Assembly: GCA_934541115.1 (NCBI GenBank)
Contig: CAKTDF010000002.1
Span: forward strand, 20,630 to 84,629
Direction: 5' to 3'
DNA length: 64,000 nucleotides
DNA from: an uncultured Eubacteriales bacterium
Lineage (GTDB): Bacteria > Bacillota > Clostridia > Oscillospirales > Acutalibacteraceae
Shown here: positions 28,650 to 37,102 of the stretch, piece by piece
Numbering within the stretch: the first letter of the stretch is position 1
Layout of the letters: each line of letters starts with the position of its first letter
The notes under the pieces: generated by a model
What the model was told of the DNA's origin: nothing
What the model saw: only the letters and a program-made list of their open reading frames with translations
Databases searched by the model: none
Made by a program: the position numbers and the translations under genes

Positions 28650-29510
28650 ATGACAGTATTTGAATTATATAAAAGTTGTCGCGCAGAGCTCGAAAGTGTC
28701 GGCATTAAAAACTCTGCGAATGAAGCGCGCTTTATTCTTCAAAAAGCACTTGAATGTGATGAAACAGCGTTTTTGTTTTCAAAAAGCATGGTTGCCGAAC
28801 CGTATGTTATTGACAGAGTTGTCGATATGAGCAAACGCAGAATAAACCGTGAACCTCTTCAGTATATACTTGGTGAATGGGACTTTTTCGGTTATACCTT
28901 CAAAGTCGGAGAGGGCGTGCTCGCTCCGAGACCTGAAACAGAAGAGCTATGCTCGCTTGTTATTGACAGAGTAAAAAGTGGATGCAGCAATCTTTCTGTT
29001 TTTGATCTTTGCTCCGGAACCGGTTGTATAGGCATTTCGCTCAAAAAGTCGCTGCCGGAGCTTGACGTTTACCTTATTGAGTATTCTGACAATGCTCTCG
29101 GATATCTGAATGAAAATCGCATGAGGTTGGGAATTGCAAGGTCTGTTCCTGCAATAAAAGGAGATGTTTTGCGCGGATATGAGGCTTTCGGTTTTTTGCC
29201 GAGTCCCGATGTAATCGTCTCCAATCCGCCATATATAAAAAGTTCGGAGATTTCCGATCTTCAGACAGAGGTCACAAAAGAACCGAGAGAGGCGCTTGAC
29301 GGCGGAGTGGACGGGCTGGTGTTTTATCGCGCATTAGCTGAAAAATGGTTTCCTTTTGTCAATAATGGCGGATTCATTGCCGTTGAATGCGGCGACGAAC
29401 AGGCAAGTGATGTTGCCTCGATGTTTTCAGAATATGCAGACGACATATCGATAATTAAAGATTTTAACGGCATTGACCGTTTTGTCATTGCCGGAAAGGA
29501 CAAAGCATGA
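28650..29510 (+). CDS. prmC: Peptide chain release factor N5-glutamine methyltransferase
   Basis: EPLQYILGEWDFFG, SAM motif DLCSGTGCIG, and NPPY. Confidence 0.93.
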   Translation: MTVFELYKSCRAELESVGIKNSANEARFILQKALECDETAFLFSKSMVAEPYVIDRVVDMSKRRINREPLQYILGEWDFFGYTFKVGEGVLAPRPETEELCSLVIDRVKSGCSNLSVFDLCSGTGCIGISLKKSLPELDVYLIEYSDNALGYLNENRMRLGIARSVPAIKGDVLRGYEAFGFLPSPDVIVSNPPYIKSSEISDLQTEVTKEPREALDGGVDGLVFYRALAEKWFPFVNNGGFIAVECGDEQASDVASMFSEYADDISIIKDFNGIDRFVIAGKDKA

Positions 29511-30193
29511 TATATGATCTTTTTAAAAAAGGCTTTTCGATTGAGCTTGTCTTAAACCTGTTTGCAAGAATATTTGTAATGTTTTGCATTTTGCCGGTTC
29601 ACGAATATGCCCATGCGCTTGCTGCGTATAAGCTCGGCGACAAGACCGCAAGATATTCAGGCAGGCTAACGCTCAATCCGTTGGCACACCTCGATTTTGT
29701 TGGGTCGTTGATGATGCTTGTTGCGGGTTTTGGCTATGCAAAGCCGGTTCCTGTCGATATGAACAATTTCAAAATGAAAAACAAAAAAGTCGGAACGGCT
29801 CTGACGGCTTTTGCCGGTCCGCTTTCAAATCTGATTCTTGCATTTGTTTTTTCTTTGATATACTGTGGAATTTTTAGGATTGATTATCCGACACAGGGCA
29901 GTGTATCTCACGCAATTGCTGTTTTCTGCTTATATGTTACGCAAATCAATGTGTCGCTTGCAGTATTCAATCTTATTCCGATACCTCCGCTTGACGGCTC
30001 AAGAATTTTGACTGCCTTTTTGCCGGACAGAATGTATCACAAGGTGCTGCAATATGAACGATTTTTTGTATACGGATTTTTTATTATAATTTTAACCGGC
30101 GTTCTTGATAAGCCGATGGATTTGGTAGCAACCGGCGTCTCCGGCATAATAATCAGACTTGCCGCCCTAGTGCTCGGTTTTAAGGTTGTATAA
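29507..30193 (+). CDS. Site-2 protease family (M50) membrane metalloprotease
   Basis: HEYAHAL zinc motif and NLIPIPPLDGSRIL. It is a multi-TM protein. Confidence 0.85.
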   Translation: MIYDLFKKGFSIELVLNLFARIFVMFCILPVHEYAHALAAYKLGDKTARYSGRLTLNPLAHLDFVGSLMMLVAGFGYAKPVPVDMNNFKMKNKKVGTALTAFAGPLSNLILAFVFSLIYCGIFRIDYPTQGSVSHAIAVFCLYVTQINVSLAVFNLIPIPPLDGSRILTAFLPDRMYHKVLQYERFFVYGFFIIILTGVLDKPMDLVATGVSGIIIRLAALVLGFKVV

Positions 30194-30196
30194 AAA

Positions 30197-30910
30197 ATGG
30201 AAAAGATTAATTATAAAATTGATGTGTTTGAGGGTCCTCTTGATCTTCTGCTGCATTTGATCAGTAAACACAAATTGAATATTAACGATATTCCTATTTT
30301 TGAGCTTGTTGAGCAATATATCGACTTTGTTCGGCAAATGAAAGAGGCGGACATGGATGTGTCAAGTGAGTTCATAGAAATGGCTGCACGATTGGTTTAT
30401 ATTAAAACCGTATCGCTTTTGCCGGTTCACGAAGAGGCCGAACAGCTTAAGCTTGAACTTACCGGTGAACTTATTGAATACCGTGACTGCAAGCTGATGG
30501 CAGAAAAACTCTCAAAGCAGTCTGACGGTATAAATTATATTTGCAGAAAACCACAGCAGCTGCCAAAAGATATGACGTACAGACTCACGCATGAACCGTC
30601 GGTTATTCTGTCGGCATATATGAATGCAGTCGGAAAAGGCAAACGAAAGCTGCCTCCGCCGATCGAAGCATTCAATTCAATTGTTGCTCATAAAATTGTT
30701 TCTGTCAATTCAAGAATCGTTTATATTTACAGGCGACTGTTAAAGGGTACGCGCGCAAAACTCAGTGAATTGTTTATACATAGCAGTTCGCGTTCAGAGC
30801 TTGTTGCAACTTTTCTTGCCGTTCTTGAATTGGTTAAAAACGGCAGAATTAAGTTGAGCGATGACAACAGTTCAATCACTCTCAACAGAGAAGGCGGTGT
30901 CAGACAATGA
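30197..30910 (+). CDS. scpA: Segregation and condensation protein A
   Basis: VFEGPLDLLLHLI is the N-terminal signature. It is followed by scpB. Confidence 0.92.
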   Translation: MEKINYKIDVFEGPLDLLLHLISKHKLNINDIPIFELVEQYIDFVRQMKEADMDVSSEFIEMAARLVYIKTVSLLPVHEEAEQLKLELTGELIEYRDCKLMAEKLSKQSDGINYICRKPQQLPKDMTYRLTHEPSVILSAYMNAVGKGKRKLPPPIEAFNSIVAHKIVSVNSRIVYIYRRLLKGTRAKLSELFIHSSSRSELVATFLAVLELVKNGRIKLSDDNSSITLNREGGVRQ

Positions 30911-31506
30911 ATATGAAAGAGCTGCAAAACACATTAGAAGCGATTCTTTTCGCAGTCGGCGAGCCGGTCGAGATTGAAAAGTTGTCTCAAACGTTGGAAA
31001 CAGATGAAATTTTGCTCGGACAGGTTCTTGAAAATCTGCGTGCGCTCTATGACGAAAGAGATGGCGGTCTTTGTATACTGAAGCTGGATAATAAGTATCA
31101 GATTTGCACAAAAAAACAATACTCAGACGCAGTCAGGCGTGTTCTTGAAAGCAAACGCAATACGCCACTTTCGCAGGCTGCTTTTGAGGTGCTTGCAATT
31201 ATCGCATATAATCAGCCGGTTACAAAAGCGTTCGTTGAACAGATTCGCGGTGTTGACTGTTCAGCTGTTATTTCAACGCTTTGTCAGCGTATGCTCATTG
31301 AGGAAAAAGGCAGACTTGACCTGCCCGGCAGACCGTTGGTTTATGGAACTACGTCGGATTTCTTACGCTGTTTTTGCCTTTCTTCTCTTTCCGATTTGCC
31401 TGCAATACCGGAGAAAACAGATGAAATGACTGCTGCCGATGAAAAAAACGAAGAAAGTTTACAAACAAGTGAAAATGATTTGAAACAAACTGTTGACGAA
31501 ATTTGA
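30907..31506 (+). CDS. scpB: Segregation and condensation protein B
   Basis: LEAILFAVGEPV...LSQAAFEVLAIIAYNQPVTK...GRPLVYGTT. Confidence 0.92.
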   Translation: MNMKELQNTLEAILFAVGEPVEIEKLSQTLETDEILLGQVLENLRALYDERDGGLCILKLDNKYQICTKKQYSDAVRRVLESKRNTPLSQAAFEVLAIIAYNQPVTKAFVEQIRGVDCSAVISTLCQRMLIEEKGRLDLPGRPLVYGTTSDFLRCFCLSSLSDLPAIPEKTDEMTAADEKNEESLQTSENDLKQTVDEI

Positions 31507-31552
31507 ATTTTAGGGTAACATATACAAAGCAGATTATGAAAGGGGCGGTGTT

Positions 31553-32260
31553 GTGACAGGATTTCAGATTTTTCTTTGTGTCCTTGGCGGTATCATTGCT
31601 TTTTTTGTTTTGATTCTGTCTATACCTGTCCACGTGTCTTTCTCATACGGCGAGAAGATTTACCTCACAGTCAGGTATCTTTTTGTTAAACTTAATATTT
31701 TGCCTCTCGGCGAAAAAAAGCCGAAAAAGGAAAAAAAGAAAAAGCCCGACGAAGAGCAAAAAAAGGAAGAAACGGAAAAACCGAAAGAAAAAAAACCTAA
31801 TCCAGTTCTTGAAATGGTCAAAGCCAACGGCTATGACGGAATGATGGAGGTTCTTTCAAATTTTGGTCATATCCTAGCCCTCTACGGGGGAAAGCTTTTT
31901 AAAAGTGTCGTTTTTGATGAAATTGAGATTTACATAACTGTAGGCACCGGCGACAGCGCACAGACAGCAATTAAATACGGCAAAACCTGTCAAAAGGTTT
32001 ATCCGCTTCTCGGGTTTATTTGTTCAAACAATCTTGTCAAGAAGTACGACGCGCAGGTTGAACCTGATTTTTTGGCAAATGAAAGTGATGGCGAGTTTTA
32101 CTTTGACTTTCATCTGGTTGTCAGAAAGATTATCAATTCGACCATCGGCATGGTATTCAGAATGCTTTTCGGCGTTATTCTAAAGTTTTTTACGAATGCA
32201 AAGAAAGGCAAGAAGAGTACCGAAACACAGGAATCAATTCCTCAAACAAAGAAAGGATGA
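31553..32260 (+). CDS. DUF2953 family protein (YtfI-like, sporulation-associated)
   Basis: GTG start with AAGGGG upstream. It has an N-terminal TM segment and a K/E-rich linker, and lies directly upstream of ytfJ as in other Firmicutes. Confidence 0.6.
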   Translation: MTGFQIFLCVLGGIIAFFVLILSIPVHVSFSYGEKIYLTVRYLFVKLNILPLGEKKPKKEKKKKPDEEQKKEETEKPKEKKPNPVLEMVKANGYDGMMEVLSNFGHILALYGGKLFKSVVFDEIEIYITVGTGDSAQTAIKYGKTCQKVYPLLGFICSNNLVKKYDAQVEPDFLANESDGEFYFDFHLVVRKIINSTIGMVFRMLFGVILKFFTNAKKGKKSTETQESIPQTKKG

Positions 32261-32266
32261 TATATA

Positions 32267-32704
32267 ATGTCAGAAAAATCAGCAGGTGCTATTCTCAGTG
32301 CAACAATTGAAAAAATACGTGATCTTGTTGATACGAGTACGATTATCGGTGAGCCGATTTACGCCGAGGGCGGCATTACGATTATTCCCGTTTCAAAGGT
32401 CACTTACGGTTTTGCTTCAGGCGGAGCCGACTTCCCTTCAAAAAACAGCAAAGAGCTTTTCGGTGGTGGCGGCGGAGCCGGTGTAACGATTACTCCGGTT
32501 GCATTCCTTGTTGTCAATGACGGTGAAGTGACCCTCAAGCATATTACAGCCTATGACAATGCTGCAGAGAGAGTGGTCAACCTTGTTCCCGAAATGTTTG
32601 ATAAGGTTACCGGCCTCGTTAATAAGGCAAAGAAAGACGCAGACAAAAAAGCTGCCGCAGAGGCTGCGGTCGAAGCGGCAATCGATGCACCCGTCAGCGA
32701 ATAA
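32267..32704 (+). CDS. ytfJ: GerW family sporulation protein YtfJ
   Basis: IIGEPIYAEGGITIIPVSKVTYGFASGG...GGGGAGVTITPVAFLVV. Confidence 0.88.
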   Translation: MSEKSAGAILSATIEKIRDLVDTSTIIGEPIYAEGGITIIPVSKVTYGFASGGADFPSKNSKELFGGGGGAGVTITPVAFLVVNDGEVTLKHITAYDNAAERVVNLVPEMFDKVTGLVNKAKKDADKKAAAEAAVEAAIDAPVSE

Positions 32705-32754
32705 TATAATTTTATACTTTTTCAACAACCGCCTGCATAACATAAAAATGGCAG

Positions 32755-33903
32755 GTGGTTGCTTTGTTGATTAAAAAAATTTTTTCGTTTGCAATATCTT
32801 TTACAGTTCTTTGCGTGTTCGCTGCGTTTTCCTGTTCTGCGTTTTCAATAAGTGCGCAAAGTGCGGTTGTGCTTGACGCAAGAAACAATGAGGTTCTTTT
32901 TGAAAGTAGTGCTTATGAAAAGCGCTCAATGGCAAGCACAACGAAAATCATGACGGCAATTTTGGCTGTTGAATCCGGCAGACTTGAAGAAAATGTTGAC
33001 ATCACTGCCGTGATGACAAAAGCCGAGGGCACTTCGATCGGACTAAAACCCGGATATAAACTGAAGCTGTTTGATTTGGTTTATGGAATGATGCTCGAGT
33101 CCGGTAATGATGCGGCAAATGCTGTTGCTCTTTACCTCGCAGATAGCTTTGGTTCATTTGCCTCAATGATGAATCAAAAAGCGGCTGAAATCGGTATGAG
33201 CAGCACTAATTTTGTCACTCCCTCCGGACTTGACGATGAAGACCATTATTCAACTGCATATGACATGGCGCTGCTTGCCTCGTATTGCATTAAAAATCCG
33301 ATTTTCCGTTCGGTATGCTCAGACAAGAACTATGTTGCTGAGCTCGTTAGCCCAGTTTCCACGCGGCTCTATTTTTCCAATCATAACCGACTGCTTTCTT
33401 CGGTTAAAGGAGTTTTCGGTGTAAAAACCGGGTTTACTAAAAAAAGCGGTCGCTGCCTCGTCAGTGCAATTGAAAAGGGCGGAGCTGTTTTGGTCGCAGT
33501 CACGCTTAAAGCCCCCGATGATTGGAACGACCACAAAAAACTGTTTTCACTTTGCCTCGGTCAGTATGAAACTGTTGAGGAAGATGTATCTTTTCCTCAT
33601 GAAGTAACGGTTGAAAGCGGATTGAAAGAAAAAATTTCGGTATCACCGGACAGAGACAAAGTGGAACTCGCAGTAAAAAAGGGCGAAAAAGTTGAAACGT
33701 GTATCAAATTTCCGCCTTTTGTTTATGCTCCTGTTAAAAAAGGCGATATCATAGGAAAAATCGATTACATGATAAAAGGCAATGTTGTTGACTCAATATA
33801 TCTTTCTGCGGCTGAAGATGTTTTTTGCGTCAACGAAACCTATGCTCCCAAAAAGAGCTTTATAAAAAGACTGACAGAATGGTTTAAAAGCTTTTTTGTC
33901 TGA
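32755..33903 (+). CDS. dacB: D-alanyl-D-alanine carboxypeptidase (PBP5* / DacB-like)
   Basis: SxxK (MASTTKIMT), SGND and KTGFT. The position after scpAB and before rluB matches the B. subtilis dacB neighbourhood. The start is uncertain (GTG 32755, TTG 32764 or TTG 32767). Confidence 0.82.
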   Translation: MVALLIKKIFSFAISFTVLCVFAAFSCSAFSISAQSAVVLDARNNEVLFESSAYEKRSMASTTKIMTAILAVESGRLEENVDITAVMTKAEGTSIGLKPGYKLKLFDLVYGMMLESGNDAANAVALYLADSFGSFASMMNQKAAEIGMSSTNFVTPSGLDDEDHYSTAYDMALLASYCIKNPIFRSVCSDKNYVAELVSPVSTRLYFSNHNRLLSSVKGVFGVKTGFTKKSGRCLVSAIEKGGAVLVAVTLKAPDDWNDHKKLFSLCLGQYETVEEDVSFPHEVTVESGLKEKISVSPDRDKVELAVKKGEKVETCIKFPPFVYAPVKKGDIIGKIDYMIKGNVVDSIYLSAAEDVFCVNETYAPKKSFIKRLTEWFKSFFV

Positions 33904-33911
33904 GACCAAGG

Positions 33912-34667
33912 ATGTGTTACCTTTTGGCTATTGAAAAAATCAGACTCCAAAAATTTCTATCCGAATGTGGCGTTGCTTCAAGAAGAAAAAGTGAACAGCT
34001 TATAGAAAGCGGATTTGTTAAAGTCAACGGAAAAACAGCAACAATCGGAGATAAAATCGACCCTAAGCACGATACCGTAACAGTTCACGGAAAAAAAGTC
34101 ATAAAACAGAAAAAGTGTGTTTATCTCATGCTCAACAAGCCGCGCGGCTTTATCACAACAATGAGCGATGAAATGGATAGAAAGTGTGTCGCTTCCCTTG
34201 TGAGCGATGCTCCGGTACGTGTTTACCCGGTTGGCAGGCTTGACAGAGAATCGGAGGGTATGCTGCTGTTCACCAATGACGGTGAATTTGCGAATGCTCT
34301 GACTCATCCTTCAAAGCATGTTTCAAAAACATATAGGGTCACTGTGCGTCCGCCGGTTTCAGAAGAACAGCTGACGGCGATTGCTACAGGAATAGTGATT
34401 GATGACAGGAAGACGGCACCTGCCGAGGTGCGCATTGTTTTGCAGGAGGAAAACAGGGTAGTGCTTGAAATTATCCTGTATGAGGGTCGCAACCGTCAAA
34501 TAAGAAAGATGTGTGAAGAAATCGGACTTGAGGTTGCCAGACTTCGCAGAATTGCCGTCGGGTCGGTCAAGCTTGGCATGCTTAAACTCGGTTCTTGGCG
34601 TGAACTCACTGAGGAAGAAGTTCGCAAGCTTATGCTCGCCGCCGGTATGGAGGTCAAAAAGAAGTGA
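33912..34667 (+). CDS. rluB: Pseudouridine synthase, RsuA/RluB family with S4 domain
   Basis: RLQKFLSECGVASRR (S4 domain) and GRLDRESEGMLLFTNDG (catalytic Asp loop). The start could be the ATG at 33912 or the TTG at 33924. Confidence 0.88.
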   Translation: MCYLLAIEKIRLQKFLSECGVASRRKSEQLIESGFVKVNGKTATIGDKIDPKHDTVTVHGKKVIKQKKCVYLMLNKPRGFITTMSDEMDRKCVASLVSDAPVRVYPVGRLDRESEGMLLFTNDGEFANALTHPSKHVSKTYRVTVRPPVSEEQLTAIATGIVIDDRKTAPAEVRIVLQEENRVVLEIILYEGRNRQIRKMCEEIGLEVARLRRIAVGSVKLGMLKLGSWRELTEEEVRKLMLAAGMEVKKK

Positions 34668-35008
34668 TATTTTTCAAACCAACGAAAATTTCGACAGACA
34701 GCTGCACGGCGTTGTTTGAGGCTTTTCAAGGTGCGGACAAGTTCGGTGAGTGTAAACTGCTTATTTCCGGGAATGTCGGTGATGTTTATGCTCTTGATTA
34801 TGACTCAACTCAACCGGAAATCGGTGAAGGGCTTTTGAAAAGTGCTTATAATTACGCTGCAAATCATGGCGCCTACATCGGAACTCTTTCTGCAAAGGAT
34901 GATGGTAAAGCGCACACTTATCTCAATTTTGATGTGAAAGACGGTTTGCTCTGCAATGATATTCCATCGCTTCTTGCCGGTCATTGCGGCTGTGGGAAAG
35001 ATATTTGA
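34664..35008 (+). CDS. Hypothetical 114-aa protein
   Basis: GTG start overlapping the rluB stop. I recognise no family. There is weak GNAT-like wording (IGEGLLKSAYNYAANHG) and a C-terminal HCGCGK. Confidence 0.45.
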   Translation: MIFFKPTKISTDSCTALFEAFQGADKFGECKLLISGNVGDVYALDYDSTQPEIGEGLLKSAYNYAANHGAYIGTLSAKDDGKAHTYLNFDVKDGLLCNDIPSLLAGHCGCGKDI

Positions 35009-35033
35009 CAAATGCGTTGAAACGATATATAAT
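35005..35033 (+). promoter_or_regulatory. Sigma-A type promoter for the yicC-remA-gmk-rpoZ block
   Basis: TTGACA (35005-35010, overlapping the stop of the 114-aa ORF), a 17-nt spacer, then TATAAT (35028-35033). Confidence 0.6.
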
Positions 35034-35121
35034 AATCGGAATTGAAGTTACATTGAGGTCGGTTTTATATCCTCTTATGAAGTTTTAAAAGGATACAATA
35101 CGAAGAGAGGCTTGAGAAAAT

Positions 35122-36000
35122 ATGATTAAAAGTATGACCGGTTTCGGGCGTGCTCAGGATGTTATTGACAGCATGAGCATAGCCGTTGAAATCAAAAGCG
35201 TTAATCACAGATATTTTGAGTTTAGCTCAAAGACGCCAAGAACCTACGGCTTTCTTGATGAAAAGCTCAAAAGTCGTATTCAGTCTTCCGTTGCACGGGG
35301 CAAAATTGAATGCTTTGTTTCAATTGAAGACCTTGAGGACGACAATTGTACTGTATCCGTTAATCATTCCCTTGCCGGCGGATACATCGCAGCGCTTAAG
35401 GAACTGTCTGAAAAATACGAACTTGAAAACGATGTTACCGTGACTTCGCTTGCGAAGTATTATGATATATTCTCGGTTCATAAAAATGAAGCCGACGAGG
35501 AAAGAGTATGGAACGCTGTTTGTGCTGTAACAGACAAAGCACTTGAATCGTTTGTCGGAATGCGCGAAAAAGAGGGTGCAAAGCTCAGAGATGACGTGCT
35601 CTCTCGTTGCGATACGATTCTTGAAAATGTTGCATATATTGAGGAACGTTCTCCTCAGACGGTTGCCGAGTACAATGCCAAACTGCTCGAAAGAATGAAA
35701 ACTGTTCTTGAGGATATTCACGTTGATGAACAGCGTCTGCTGACAGAGGCTGCCGTTTTTGCGGACAAGGTTGCTGTTGCCGAAGAGACTGTCAGACTTT
35801 GCAGTCATATTGACCAAATGCGTGAATTCATGAATGCCGATACGGCAATCGGAAGAAAAGCGGATTTTCTCATTCAAGAGATTAACCGCGAGGCGAATAC
35901 GATTGGTTCAAAAGCCCAAGATGTTGCAATAGCCAAGAGGGTTATTGATATTAAGGCGGAAGTTGAAAAGATAAGGGAACAAATTCAGAATATCGAATAA
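35122..36000 (+). CDS. YicC/YloC family endoribonuclease-like protein
   Basis: [11 protein letters not shown] start, 292 aa, with the C-terminal DUF1732-type [13 protein letters not shown]. Confidence 0.9.
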   Translation: MIKSMTGFGRAQDVIDSMSIAVEIKSVNHRYFEFSSKTPRTYGFLDEKLKSRIQSSVARGKIECFVSIEDLEDDNCTVSVNHSLAGGYIAALKELSEKYELENDVTVTSLAKYYDIFSVHKNEADEERVWNAVCAVTDKALESFVGMREKEGAKLRDDVLSRCDTILENVAYIEERSPQTVAEYNAKLLERMKTVLEDIHVDEQRLLTEAAVFADKVAVAEETVRLCSHIDQMREFMNADTAIGRKADFLIQEINREANTIGSKAQDVAIAKRVIDIKAEVEKIREQIQNIE

Positions 36001-36016
36001 CCAAAGGGGAATTTTA

Positions 36017-36289
36017 ATGAGGCTCATAAATATTGGTTTCGGCAACATGATAAATGCCGCACGTCTCATAGCCGTTGTAAGTCCTGATTCAGCTCCCATA
36101 AAAAGAATCGTTCAGGAATCCAAGGAACGCGGAACCTTGATTGATGCAACGCAGGGCAGGAGAACGCGCGCCGTACTTATGATGGACAGCGACCACGTTG
36201 TTCTTTCATATCTTCAAACCGAAACAGTTGCAGCACGTTTGAACGGCGAGATAAACGAGCCTTTTACGGAGGAAAGTGAAAATGAATAG
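36017..36289 (+). CDS. remA: Extracellular matrix/biofilm regulator RemA (DUF370)
   Basis: [28 protein letters not shown]...[22 protein letters not shown] is near-colinear with B. subtilis RemA/YlzA. Confidence 0.92.
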   Translation: MRLINIGFGNMINAARLIAVVSPDSAPIKRIVQESKERGTLIDATQGRRTRAVLMMDSDHVVLSYLQTETVAARLNGEINEPFTEESENE

Positions 36290-36842
36290 AGGTTTGCTCG
36301 TTGTTCTTTCCGGACCTTCCGGAAGCGGAAAGGACACAGTATTAAAATCCGTACTTAACAGGCTTGACGGCAGTGCTTTTTTGTCGGTTTCGATGACTAC
36401 CCGCAAGATGCGTGAGGGAGAAAAAGAGGGCGTTGATTATTTCTTTGTTTCAAAAGAGCAGTTTCAAAAAAACATCGATGATGATTTGATGCTTGAATAT
36501 GCAAAGTATGGCTCAAACTATTACGGAACACCTATTGGACCGGTCAAGCAGGTTCTCGGGCAAGGCAAAACGGTATTTTTAAATATTGAGGTTCAAGGCG
36601 GCGCCAATATACGCAGACTTATGCCGGAGGCGGTTCAGATTTTTATTGCACCGCCATCAATCGAAGAACTTGAAAGGCGGCTCAGAAATCGCGGCACAGA
36701 GGACGAGGACGGCGTTTTGCAGCGTATGAAAATTGCCGAGGACGAAATGAAAAGAGCCGGTGAATATGATTATATTGTCGTCAATGATGTTCTTGAGGAC
36801 GCTGTTGACGAGGTTATTAAAATAGTAAAAAAATCAAAATAA
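36276..36842 (+). CDS. gmk: Guanylate kinase
   Basis: P-loop GPSGSGKDT, plus YGTP and the length, fit guanylate kinase. Confidence 0.95.
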   Translation: MKMNRGLLVVLSGPSGSGKDTVLKSVLNRLDGSAFLSVSMTTRKMREGEKEGVDYFFVSKEQFQKNIDDDLMLEYAKYGSNYYGTPIGPVKQVLGQGKTVFLNIEVQGGANIRRLMPEAVQIFIAPPSIEELERRLRNRGTEDEDGVLQRMKIAEDEMKRAGEYDYIVVNDVLEDAVDEVIKIVKKSK

Positions 36843-36859
36843 ACTGTGAGGTAGATATT

Positions 36860-37069
36860 ATGCTTAATCCTGATCTCAGAGAACTTCTCAAAGACAGCAC
36901 AAGCCGTTATTCGCTTGTTACGGCTGTAGCAAAACGTGCAAGAACCATTACAGAAGACCCTGTTCTCGCCGAAAAATGCGGAACAGAAAAGCCCGTTACC
37001 TATGCGCTCGAAGAATTTCTTGACGGCAAATTTTCAATTAAGGAGCCGGAGGAAATCAGAGGCATCTGA
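36860..37069 (+). CDS. rpoZ: DNA-directed RNA polymerase subunit omega
   Basis: 69 aa containing SRYSLVTAVAKRAR, positioned after gmk. Confidence 0.9.
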   Translation: MLNPDLRELLKDSTSRYSLVTAVAKRARTITEDPVLAEKCGTEKPVTYALEEFLDGKFSIKEPEEIRGI

Positions 37070-37102
37070 TTACGGCAATAACTGAAAAAGGATGTGAATG
37101 AT

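Noticed and set aside
31507-31552. A possible sporulation sigma-factor promoter (a CATATACA-like -10) upstream of ytfI-ytfJ. Similar weak sigma-E-like matches lie upstream of dacB and the spoVM-like ORF.
   Set aside because: The matches to the sigma-E/F/G consensus as I remember them are partial and the spacings do not fit cleanly. I cannot support them without a position weight matrix scan or mapped transcription starts.
31720-31800. A purine-rich, repetitive AAG/AAA/GAA stretch that at first glance looks like a simple-sequence repeat.
   Set aside because: It is in frame within the DUF2953/YtfI-like CDS and encodes a K/E/P-rich linker (KKPKKEKKKKPDEEQKKEETEKPKEKKPNP). It has no spacer/repeat periodicity, so it is not a CRISPR array or a satellite.
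35320-35877. A 185-aa minus-strand ORF inside yicC.
   Set aside because: It is antisense to a well-supported YicC family CDS, and its translation has no recognisable features.
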